Shown in pieces: positions 38,531-49,304 of a stretch of DNA of 55,413 nt. The DNA is taken from the NCBI RefSeq assembly GCF_006345805.1, contig NW_021834000.1:1-55413 (forward strand), written 5' to 3'. The notes under the pieces were generated by a model. The model had not been told where the DNA came from. It saw nothing but the letters and a program-made list of their open reading frames with translations, and searched no databases. Every line of letters starts with the position of its first letter. The first letter of the stretch is position 1. This DNA comes from Octopus sinensis. Taxonomy: Eukaryota. A program made the translations under genes and the position numbers.

Positions 38531-38582
38531 AACCACCTGAAGAATGTTTAAGATGTGCTGACACGAAACGATCGTAGTGGTT
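38531..38582 (+). ncRNA. Minimal type-I hammerhead ribozyme
   Basis: AACCAC-CTGAAGA-aTGTT..GACAc-GAAA-C-gatc-G-U-A-GTGGTT. Confidence 0.8.
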
Positions 38583-38765
38583 ATTCATTTGTTAAATTTT
38601 AATTTATATAAATTATTTTATATTTTATGTATTGGCTTAAGTCTTTCTTTGTTTGATTTGGATAATAGTGGTTTTGTCTCTAATTTATTATAATATAATA
38701 TTTTATTATAAAATTGGATTCAATCTTAAATCTGATTTTTCCTTGTAAATTTGGATTTATTCCCT

Positions 38766-38817
<52 letters not shown>

Positions 38818-38866
38818 CTCACACACACACAAACAAATATATTTCTAAACATATATATTTATACAT

Positions 38867-39206
38867 TGCTGAGACCCCCTTTGGTCATGACTGACCATGG
38901 GATTACACCTAGAAAGTTACCCTCCCAGGCACAAGTTTGGGCAATGATGTTTATGGAAGACCAGCAATCGCCCATGCATACCAGCCTCCCCTCTTCACGC
39001 CACCAGTGTTATTCAAGGGAAAGGCAAAGGCCAATACTGCTTGGCACCTGTGATATCGCAACTCATTTCTACAGCTGAGTGAAATGGAGCAACGTGAAAT
39101 AAAGTGTCTTGCTCAAGAAAACAACACGCAGTCCGGTCCGGGATTCGAACTCACAACCTCACAATCGTAAGCTCGACGCTCTAACCACCGAGCCATGCGC
39201 CTTCAT
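38867..39206 (-). mobile_element. tRNA-derived SINE family C
   Basis: Reverse complement of the 36326-36656 family. Confidence 0.9.
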
Positions 39207-39489
39207 ATATTTATACATACATATAAACACATAAACATACGCGCGCACAAGCTGATTTCAGATGAGGGCATTAGCGCTCCGCCTGTATACGTATGAATGT
39301 GGGTGCTCATACCCCCTTTGTATTGTAGGAGAGGTAATTTTGAGAAGGTGGCGGTTGAGTTGTTATGGGTGTTATCGTGGTATTGGTAGGGGTGGCGTAC
39401 CGGTAGGGGCCAAACCCTTTAACTGTTGAATATAAAGTTACACATCTTATCATCTTATCAATGAAGGTATGCATATATATATCTTTCAG

Positions 39490-39527
39490 GTATCTGTCAG
39501 CGAATAAACCCCTTGTACTATCTGCAG
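39490..39527 (+). other. Candidate 38-nt spliced exon
   Basis: tctttcag|G acceptor and CAG|GTGAGT donor in non-repeat DNA; two frames open. Confidence 0.25.
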
Positions 39528-41344
39528 GTGAGTGAGTGGGAAGTAACGACGTCAGAGATGGTGGCGGAGTTAGACAGGCAGGGGGGGTCAAAGGGTGCGG
39601 GTGAGACGTACTCTGGAACCGCCCCCATTGCGACTCCCGGTTTTATTCTTGCTTTCTCCGTCTGTTCATCTGCCTGTCTCTTTCCGTCTCTCAGTCTCCT
39701 TTCCCTCTGTGTGTGTGTGTGTATGTGTGTGTGTCTGCGTGTGTCTGTCTGTGTGTGTGTGTGTGTGTGCATGTGTGTGTGAGTGAGATGGTGGTTGATA
39801 CACCAAGAAACATTATCGTTTTTGTTTGAGGCCGGGTAGAACGAGAAAGCACAAATACACACACGCACACACACACACACACGCACACACACAAACACGC
39901 ACATACATAGAAAGGAGGCGGGGAGCTTTTTGATGGCATCCAATATGTTACAAAGCTACCACAGTTATGCGTGTGCGCACGCGCATGTGCGTTTGCTGTT
40001 GGAGGATGAGTGGTTAAGAAGTTCTCTTCGCAACCATGAGGTTCGGGTATCTTTTACAAGTTAAAATTGAGCGAAGCAATCTGATTGGAAATGTGTACAG
40101 CACAGTGGTTAGATCAACTTCATAGAATGTAGCACGCATACACGCCAGTACCTGGTTCTATTTCGAGTCGAAATACACCGTTATTTTTCATATTCATTAT
40201 CCATTTTTCCCTGCTTTTCGTCTAGGCCTTATTACGCCTCATCTGTATTTACATCTGTAAGATTTGACATTTTTTGTTCATTCAGTCACTCATTCATCCA
40301 TTCATTCTTTCTTTCTTTTTATTTCTGCCATGGCGTTTTTCAGACGAGCGACTCTGACTTCACTAGTGGTGAAATCATAATGAATCTGGGTATAAACGCG
40401 GCTGACGAATTGCCAGTCTATATCTCTTTTGATACACACACACACACACACACTCACACACACAAACACACACAAACACATACACATAGAAATTAATTAC
40501 AACATAACAAGTAACCCAAATTTAAACAAATAATAATAACATGCTCTTCTGAAAAGTAGCCTAATTTACTATCTCGAATCCAATCCTTTTTTGCAAGCCT
40601 GTTGGATTGATTATACCTATAACACAAAGGTTTAGCTTTGTCACGTAATGCAAGCACTTTGATTCGACTTTTAGAATAACATTAGGGGTACACACACCTG
40701 TAGAATACTCAGCCACCTATATTATTATTCAAGGACCAGGTAGTTCAGTTGATATACAACTAGTAAACTCATTTACTGTTCTTATATATAAAAACAATCT
40801 GTTATTTGTAGCTATGAAGGGCGAAATGGTGTCTGCTGCTGACGACGCGCAATGATGTAGAAACGCATGGGTCCTACGTTCTAATAACGTAATTCATAGC
40901 CCAATGGCGTGTTTTCTACACATATTATCTATAATGAGAGGTCTTCTTTTGAGATAATTTCTGTAGTGATTGCTTTCCATGTTTGTGTACACAGGAGCAT
41001 GTTAAATTTGGTCACACATGTAGTATACTTACGCATCGTCGAAACCGATATGAGATTTCATCACGCACTCACGTATACTTTTGATGGCATGCTTTTGCTT
41101 GTATTTATCTTGGAATCTGTGTGATTATTGCTGTGATTGTTCACAACTAAATCAATCCCAGTCCATCGGATGTTTTATTGAAAATGATCCGATCATAACC
41201 ACATTGCTGTTTTTTTTTTTCTCTCTGTGCAAAGAATCACGAACCATTTCATACTTATATTCCCATTTTTGAGACACTGGCCGTAATTTGAGGGAGATTT
41301 AGTAAATTGTGGGATCAAACATGACTCCTTGGTTTGACGGCAGG

Positions 41345-41720
41345 GCGGAAGTAGGAGGTTCAAAGTGGTTAGAAGGGAGAAGTAGGGTTAGAAAGGAGGA
41401 ATATGGAGTTAGAATGGATGATGAGGGGTTAGAAGAAATAAGTAAGGGGTTAGAAGGGAGGAACAGAGTTAGAAGGGAGGAGCAGGATTATACGGTGGGG
41501 AGAAGTTAGAAAGGAATGAGTAGGGGTCTTGGAAGGGAGGAGGAGAAAATTGAAAGGAAATAAGGTTTAAAAGGGAGGAGAAGGGTTTAGAAGAACGGAG
41601 TAAGGTTAAAAGAAAAGAGTAGGGGTTAGAAGGGAGTGACAGGATATTAAAAGCGGGGATGGGGCTTAGAAGGGAGGAGCTGAGATACAAAGGACAATTT
41701 ACGGATGGTTAGAAGGGATT
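41345..41720. repeat. Degenerate ~20-bp purine-rich minisatellite (GGGTTAGAAGGGAGGAG core)
   Basis: Recurring g.ttagaa(g)gga motif at roughly 20-bp spacing. Confidence 0.75.
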
Positions 41721-42415
41721 TGACCTGGCTAATTGTTCAAAAGCTTCAAACACTTCCAGAATATTTCCAAAAATATGCTCCAAGAATGCCTCAAAATACT
41801 CCCAATACATTTCGAGGGTATTAGCTGTTGGTAAACTGTTGAAGTTCAAATGTAAATTGATATAGAAATGAGAAAGACGGAGAAGGACGTGGGGAGTAAG
41901 TGAAAAAGAAAACAACAAGAAAATAAAAAGAGTAAAAGAGAATTTAAGGAGAATAAAAAGAGTAGATGTGTTATACTAGGTTTTGGTGTCAAGTTTACCA
42001 TCCCGCTAAACGAATAATCATTCTTAAAATTCGAGCTTTGTGCAATATTTTGGTGTTATTTTAAGCATTTAGTGATATCTTTGATGCAGTATGAATTTTA
42101 AAATGTAGCACGTATTGTGTTTATGATATAGTATCATGTATTGTAATATTATATATTACCCAGTAACCTCTGGCCGTTCATTCTATACCCCCCTCCCTTC
42201 CAGTCGCCGATCAATGTACGCGTGCCTGATCCCACTGCCAGCCAAGTCCTTACTTTCTTCATCCCTCACCAATTACCTGCCTTTTTCAAAACTCCGAGTT
42301 AACTTTCCTTTTCAAAACTTTCAACTATCATGGACAAAACAGCTGCGGAAGACTGTCCACTCGCCATTTTAAAAGTCCTTTGTTTATTCTTCAATCTTTC
42401 AAGCAGCTGTTTGGG

Positions 42416-42476
<61 letters not shown>

Positions 42477-42499
42477 TATATACAGTTCAATTATAATTA

Positions 42500-42690
42500 A
42501 AACAAAGGACAAAGATAGGTGAGGGAACAAGTAGGTGTATTAAGTTGACGTTCAGGAAGATGAAAAAGTCTTTGACATTTCGGGCCTAAGCTCTTCGATA
42601 GAAAGGGATAAGAGAAACAAAATGGAGAGAGAAACTAAAAACGAAGAGAGAAGAAAATGTGTTGGGATTAAAGGTTTAACGTGATGAATA
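42500..42690 (-). mobile_element. Degenerate Penelope-like pLTR fragment
   Basis: Reverse complement has gaagagcttaggcccgaaatgtcaaagac...aacgtcaacttaatacacctacttgttcc. Confidence 0.55.
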
Positions 42691-42707
42691 TGTATACACA
42701 CACACAC

Positions 42708-42745
<38 letters not shown>

Positions 42746-43101
42746 CTATATATATATATATATACACATAGGTGAGCAGATATGGAGATAATAATGCAAA
42801 TAAACAAATTAAATCGCTTGTGCTAGGAATATAGAATGTACATACATACATACATACATACATACATACATACATGTAAATAGATAGAAAGCAAACACCG
42901 AAGATGTTCAGACGATGAATATTCATATATAAATATATAGATATTTATATATTAACAGAACAATCTTACACAGAAAATTAAGGTGAGAAAATATGGCGTT
43001 ACAGGTGCGACAGCCGTTTCTGGAGGCTCGGAATTACTTCATAATGTTGGCAGATGTAGTTCTTGAAAATATGCAACCAGTAGTGAAAGCATAGAAACAT
43101 T

Positions 43102-43167
<66 letters not shown>

Positions 43168-43441
43168 GTATATATATGTATATATATATATGTATATGTA
43201 TGTATATATACATATATATGTGTGTATTTGTATATCCATATATATATACATATATACACATATACACCGGCTTACATATATGTGTATGTGAGTGTATGTG
43301 TTTGTATGTGAGCCTGTGTATATACCATAAAACTTGAAACGCGTTAAAGGAATTCACTTAAAGTAAAACAATATAGTTTGTAACATGCACCGAGTTATCT
43401 TTTCGGTTTTCATTTGCCAAAAATCCACATTTGAATACACC

Positions 43442-43474
<33 letters not shown>

Positions 43475-43549
43475 TGTATTATGTATGTATGTATGCATGT
43501 ATGTATTATGTATGTATGTATGCATGTATGTAAGTATCTCTTTCTCTCT

Positions 43550-43584
<35 letters not shown>

Positions 43585-43714
43585 ATGTATGTATAAATAA
43601 TAAGGGTGGCTTGTGGCTTGTTAGCAAATTTTCAACCGAAAGGCAAAAATATATACGACACTAAAGCGACTGAGCTAGCTATTCAGCACCAGTATTTCTA
43701 GAAATAAGAATTAA

Positions 43715-43875
43715 AACAAAGAATTAGCAAAAACTGTCCGATGAACGGCAACGGGAAACTCAGAGTAACACGTTTTGTTGAATTTTCTGCTGCTTTAAAT
43801 AAAGCCTATACTCTACTCACCCTGGTATTTGAGTACTCTTTTTTCCACCTTGTTTCACATTTATGTGTTTACTCC

Positions 43876-43880
<5 letters not shown>
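43715..43880 (+). mobile_element. Penelope-like pLTR fragment
   Basis: Carries a hammerhead-like fold; downstream part homologous (inverted) to 22160-22260; ends at (TA)n. Confidence 0.6.
43730..43776 (+). ncRNA. Hammerhead ribozyme-like motif (U4C, weak stem II)
   Basis: AAAACTGT-CCGATGA-aCG/GCAA/CGg-GAAA-CTC/a/GAG-U-A-ACA(c)GTTTT. Confidence 0.6.
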
Positions 43881-43915
<35 letters not shown>

Positions 43916-44613
43916 ATATATATATATTTTGTAATGTATTAATTATATTAAATATATATTAAATTGCTGCATGTAATATGTGTGTATATGCATGTACATA
44001 TGTATACATGCATCTGTGAATGTATTTGCTTAAGGCAAGACTGGAGCATGACGCAGTCCAATATATTAAAGCAATAAAATAATCAAACAATAAATGAATA
44101 TGGGAATGTACATGCTTCAAGTTAGGTAACTCAGGAATGTAGCTACGTACCTCGGTAAGACAGATAAGACAAGTGTAGGTCAGCAAGGTTAATAGGGATA
44201 TCAGATAGATTAATTGTTGTTGATGTAAGGGGGCTTTCAACATTTGGTGGGAAACAGAGGAAATGAGTGGGTTTACATATCACTAAGAAGTTTAGTTGAG
44301 ATAGTAAGGTGGGCACATTTTTAGGGTAAGGTGTGTTCCTTGTTTAGCTATGGCTGAAGTTGTATTACTAGTAGTAGTTGATTAGCAGCAAGCCAGACCC
44401 ACTCGTGCAGACCCAATGATCTATAGCGTAGCTTAAAAGGGGCAAAGACTGTGGTCATCTCCAGACAGTATATTGTTCCTTATTTGGAGGCTACGGCAGT
44501 GGTCCCCAAACATTTCTGCACCACGGCCTGGTGCCATACAAGACAATTTTTTTACCTTCTGGGTGGGGGGAACCACGCTCATAAAATGCACAGTAATATA
44601 TTATTCTTTTCTA

Positions 44614-44784
44614 GGCGTAGGGGTGGCTGTGTGGTAAGTAGCTTGCTTACGAACCACATGGTTCCGGGTTCAGTCCCATTGCGTGACACCTTGGGCAAGT
44701 GTCTTCTACTATAGCCTCGGGCCGACCAAAGCCTTGTAAATGGATTTGGTAGAAGGAAACTTAAAGAAGCCCGTCGTATATATG

Positions 44785-44815
<31 letters not shown>

Positions 44816-45022
44816 ATGTTTGTGTGTCTGTGTTTGTCCCCCCAACATCGCTTGACAACCGATGTCGGTGTGTTTACGTCCCCGTAACTAAGCGGTCCGG
44901 CCAAAGAGACCGATAGAATAAGTACTAAGCTTACAAAGGATATGTCTTGGGGTCGAATTGTTCGACTAAATGCGGTGCTCCAGCATGGCCACACTCAAAT
45001 GACTGAAACAAGTAAAAGAGTA
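44614..45022 (+). mobile_element. SINE family A, full length
   Basis: Consensus match. Confidence 0.92.
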
Positions 45023-45054
45023 TAGACAACAAGGTCTGAAAATTTGTGAAAGGA

Positions 45055-45850
45055 TTGAGCTGGGGTCCTTAGTCGATTACATCGACTTCAGTACTTAACT
45101 GGAACCCATTTCGTCGATACCAGTGCTTAACTGGTACTCATTTCATCGAACCCGATAGGTTTGAAAGGCAAAGTCAACATCGGCCGAATTTGAAATTAGA
45201 ACGTAATGACGAACGAAATAACGCTAAGCATTTTGTCCGGCATACTAACGAATTTGTCAGCTTACTAAATGAATGATAATCATTGATTTCAACTTTTGGC
45301 ACAAGGTCAGCAATTTTGGTTGAGGAGTAAGTCGATTACATCGACCCCAGTGTTCAACTGGTACTTTTTTTTTATCGAGCTGGAAAGAATGATAGGCAAA
45401 GCCGACCTCGGCGGAATTAAAACTCAAAAAGTATAGACCAGTGGTTCCCAACCGGGGTCTATAAGGCTCCTGGGGGTCCATATGAGATTTTTGGATGGTG
45501 GGGAGGTCCACGCAAGCAAAATAGTAAATTTAAGATCCACAATAGTATTTTAAGGGCCCCTGAAAAAGTTTAGCTGAGTGTATTGGTATATATTGCAAGA
45601 AACAGCTAAGTTTCTTTCTGTAACATTTTACATAGTTCAACCTACACAATAATGTGTGAAAAGCAAAATAGGAATCATAAAAAAATGTTTCTATAAGCAT
45701 CGAAAGGCCATGAGGTCCACCAGAATAAAATACTAGTTAAAGAGGTCCATAGTTAAAAAGTGGCTGAGAAACCCTGGTGTAGACGGACGAAATGCTGCTC
45801 ATCATTTTTGCACGTTGTGATAACAATTCTGCTTGCTCGCCGCCTTTCGC
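45055..45850 (-). mobile_element. Tandem SINE family B copies; the second is interrupted by a hAT MITE
   Basis: gtcgattacatcgac and aggcaaag.c.ac.tcggc motifs twice; sequence resumes at 45781 with agacggacgaaat. Confidence 0.75.
45439..45776. mobile_element. hAT (Charlie-like) MITE with 8-bp TSD
   Basis: TIRs cagtggttcccaacc / ggctgagaaaccctg; TSD gtatagac / gtgtagac (7 of 8). Confidence 0.85.
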
Positions 45851-45897
45851 CACCTCAATAATGATTTTAACATATATAATACATATATATCACATAC

Positions 45898-46192
45898 GTT
45901 TGTTCCTTCTCGAGCTACGCCTGGCTCATTAGGGCCAGTTTCCCGGTTTCCTTGGCGTATAGGTTCCCCACCTGGACGGGACGCCGGTCCGTGAGCTGCA
46001 AGATGCAGGAGGAAAGAGTGAGAGAAAGTTGTGGCGAAAGAGTCAGCAGAAGTTTGCCATTACCTTCTGCCGGACCCGCGTGGAGCTTAGGTGTTTCGCT
46101 CATAAACACACACATCGCCCGGTCTGAGATTCGAATCCGCGATCTCTCGACCGCGAGTTCGCAGCTCTAACCATTAGGCCATGTGCCTCCAC
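45898..46192 (-). mobile_element. SINE family D with 12-bp TSD
   Basis: Homologous to 33023-33328; atatatcacata at 45885-45896 and 46193-46204. Confidence 0.92.
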
Positions 46193-46929
46193 ATATATCA
46201 CATATATATTAATATAATGCAAAAATGGCCTGCAGACTGCGACAGTCCACAAAATAAAAATAAAACTTTGACATTTATTCTTTCTCTGCGGACCACTACC
46301 AAACGATTCACGGCCCGATACAAGTCTGAAGCTCGGTACTGGTCTGCAGCCCAGTGGTTACGGACCCCTGGGTTAAGGACACACTTCACACAATGACTCG
46401 GGAGTGGGGTAAATTCAAGGATGCCACAAACTCTAGCTAAGTCCCTTCCTATAATCAAAATGCGTTCCAGCCAATAATGTATAACTTCGGTGAGGCAAAT
46501 AGGCGGGTATATACATATGTGGGTATATTTATGGGCAAAACTTTTTGCTTACTTAGCTACTGCTGCTGCTGTAATTGTTGTTGTTGTTGTTTAGCATAAA
46601 TTCAGGCCTAAACGTGCAGAGGAATTAATGCAATAAATTGCTGTTGATATAAGGGGCTTTCAGCATTTAGTAGATAATGGAGGTAGTATGGCTAAGCGTT
46701 AAAAATATAGGACACGTTAGATAAGGTGACCTTGGGTTACCTGCACATATGAATAAGATGAGAGAGGCCCAGATGGAATGGTCTGCTTTCTCATTGTTGC
46801 CCTGAAATAAAGCAACGACCATGACTAAAAGAGTAAGGAAATTACTAATCATTAATGCATTCACTAACGAACAGGGACAGCCCTTTATGTGTCTACTAGA
46901 ACTTAGGGTTTACCTGGAGCTATACAAAT

Positions 46930-47265
46930 ACAACAACCAGAACAACAACCACCACTCACCAACACTAACATCAACACTACCAATACCTCCACGACCACAA
47001 CCACCAAAAACACCAGTACAACCAAACCACAACCACAACTACCAGCAGCACCACCAATCAACATGACCACCACCACCTCAACAACCACCGCCATCGTCAC
47101 ACCGAACACAACCGCCACCACCACCACTGTGGCTACTACTACACCGAAACCATCACAATCATCACTTTCACCACAAACCACAACCGGGGTCACCACTACC
47201 ACTCCCACTGTAAACGCTGCCAGTGTGTCAAAGTTAGTTCTCCTACCAGCACCACCATAACCACC

Positions 47266-47308
<43 letters not shown>

Positions 47309-47360
47309 GCACCTCCACCACCACTAACATTGCCACTACCACCTCCTGAACAACAACAAT
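46930..47360. repeat. (ACC/ACA/CTA)n trinucleotide low-complexity tract
   Basis: Direct observation. Confidence 0.85.
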
Positions 47361-47611
47361 ACACACACCTTGGGGTTGAACACAATGAATATATTGTACA
47401 GGAATACACTACAAAGTTGTATACAAACTAGGTTAGATCTATTGGTTTTTAAAGGCAACATCTACACATACACATCACATACGTATGTATACACGAATTG
47501 TGTATGAACTTATACACTTATACTCATATGCATAATTATATGTTTAGTTGTATGTATACCTGTTGATATCCCAGTCTATCTATCTATCTATCTATCTATC
47601 TGACTGTTTGC

Positions 47612-47695
<84 letters not shown>

Positions 47696-48826
47696 GATCC
47701 CTTAGAGGCCGAGGAAGGGCGAATGGCACCGCGAGTGTCGCGTTGCTCTCAAGCAACTCTGCCGTCCTGGGTCGACCTTAAGTGACTTCAACACAACCAA
47801 CGCATTCTATAGGGGTTTAGTGGAGGGGAGGTACGACGACGAGCTCGGGGCGAACCTGGACGTCGACGAGGAGTTATGACCCGCTGTTCGGGACGACTTT
47901 CGGGCCAGGGCCCATGGACAACTTCCAGAGATCCCTGGCCTGGCAGTGCTACCGAGAAGCGCTACCCGTTCGGGATAAGCTCTACAGACACGGCTCGAGA
48001 AAACGGGGCCGACCTGCCCGAGATGCGGTCAGAGCGACGAAACCGTTCTGCACGCACTCGTTCAGTGTCCAACAATTTCCGACCTGTGGGCTTATGTCGA
48101 ACAACTGCTGTCACGTGTGGGACGAGTCGGTTTATCAGCTGAGTCTATCGTCAATTTGTCACGCCTCCTTCCTTCAAACGGGAAGGAAGAGCTATTTTCA
48201 TCATCCTTGTGGCTATGGCGAAAGAATGTATCTGGTGGACGCGTCTGAAAGGATTGGAGACAAACACTTTCCTCTCTGGTCAATCTCATCAACTTCTTCA
48301 AGTACCACTTGAAAAGGAAAGTGAGAGTAGAGAGGCAAGTTTTGTCTAGCGATGTTTTAAAAAAAGATGGGTGAATGTAGCAAGAATGGCACGTATGAAT
48401 GACGAAGCCCTTGAGCATAGTCCTATGAACCAGAATCGAAAACAGAGAGTTGCTTATTTGCAAAAAAAAAAAAAAAAAAAAAAGAAATATAAATGTGACT
48501 TCATTGACCGAGGTTACCGTGGTCTTTTCCGCAGGCTTTTCTTTCCACGGGTAAACCTCACCTGTCCTCCCCTTTACACTTCATATTGACATTTCTGTGA
48601 TAACGATCCCTATTGATCATTTTTTTCCTCTCCCCCCTTTTTTTTATTATTTTTTTTTTTTTTAACCCCCCTTATTTTTGTCCTCTTTCTCTCCTTTTAC
48701 GATCCCTTTTGATCGAACCTCCCTTCCTTTTTTTTTTTTTTTTTTTTTTAATACCTTCAAAAGAAAAGCTCTACCTTGTATTTGTTCTATCTGTGTGCAG
48801 CCCTGTGTGGCTAATAAGAAACATAT
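47696..48826 (+). mobile_element. 5'-truncated Tx1/L1-clade LINE: ORF2 C-terminus with zf-RVT CCHC motif plus 3' UTR
   Basis: Frameshifted translation MDNFQRSLAWQCYREALPVRDKLYRHG..CPRCGQSDETVLHALVQCPTISDLW..KECIWWTR..KRWVNVAR; GC-rich against background. Confidence 0.9.
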
Positions 48827-48830
48827 CTAT

Positions 48831-48938
48831 GATCCCTTTTGATCGAAAACCAAAACCCCTTTTTTATCCCCCAAAAGAAAAGCTCTACCTTGAAACTTGT
48901 CCCATCTGTGTGCAGCCCTGTGTGGCCAATAAAGAAAC

Positions 48939-48990
<52 letters not shown>

Positions 48991-49085
48991 TCTTTTGTTT
49001 TTTGTTCTCTTCATCCCCCAAAAGAAAAGCTCTACCTTGAAACTTGTCCCATCTGTGTGCAGCCCTGTGTGGCCAATAAAGAAAC

Positions 49086-49159
<74 letters not shown>

Positions 49160-49190
49160 GTATTCAGCCCTGTGCGGCTATTTATATTTA
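48831..49190 (+). mobile_element. Stack of additional short 3' termini of the same Tx1-like family separated by (TATC)n
   Basis: aaaagaaaagctctaccttgaaacttgtcccatctgtgtgcagccctgtgtggccaataaagaaac repeated near 48872 and 49020; partial copy near 49160. Confidence 0.88.
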
Positions 49191-49204
49191 TATCTATTTA
49201 TATT

Positions 49205-49304
49205 ACGTATCAAGTTTCATCAAAATCAATTAAACAATGTAGGAGGAGTTAGAGCTAACAACGCCACAAACAAACAGACATCGATTTACCACATATGTAG
49301 CAGA
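49205..49304 (-). mobile_element. Helitron 5'-end fragment
   Basis: caagtttcatcaaaatc...acaaacaaacagac...agat, as in 29630-29736. Confidence 0.5.

Larger units (their letters stand above)
38103..38770. mobile_element. Penelope-like pLTR with an inverted partial copy (588-bp palindrome 38103-38690)
   Basis: Arms 38103-38376 and 38414-38690 are reverse complements with a few substitutions and one 3-nt indel; the right arm extends to 38770. Confidence 0.8.
44497..46370. mobile_element. hAT-Charlie-type MITE split by nested insertions (ends ~44497-44610 and ~46205-46370)
   Basis: Termini cagtggtccccaaac and ggttacggacccctg; flanks ggctacgg / ggttaagg match at 6 of 8 positions. Confidence 0.6.

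Noticed and set aside
40328-40440. Kozak-like gccATGG and a short open frame after tttcag
   Set aside because: ORF is 16 codons; the alternative frame has no good donor or homology I can recognise
40836-40880. CTGACGA...GAAAC spacing
   Set aside because: Stems I and II do not pair
46903-47409. Mucin-like Thr-rich or Gly/Ser/Val-rich ORFs
   Set aside because: Trinucleotide low complexity with no convincing splice or domain support
48760-49160. CRISPR-like repeat-spacer look of the repeated 65-bp unit
   Set aside because: Eukaryotic context, spacers are microsatellites, the unit is a LINE 3' end, and no cas genes are present
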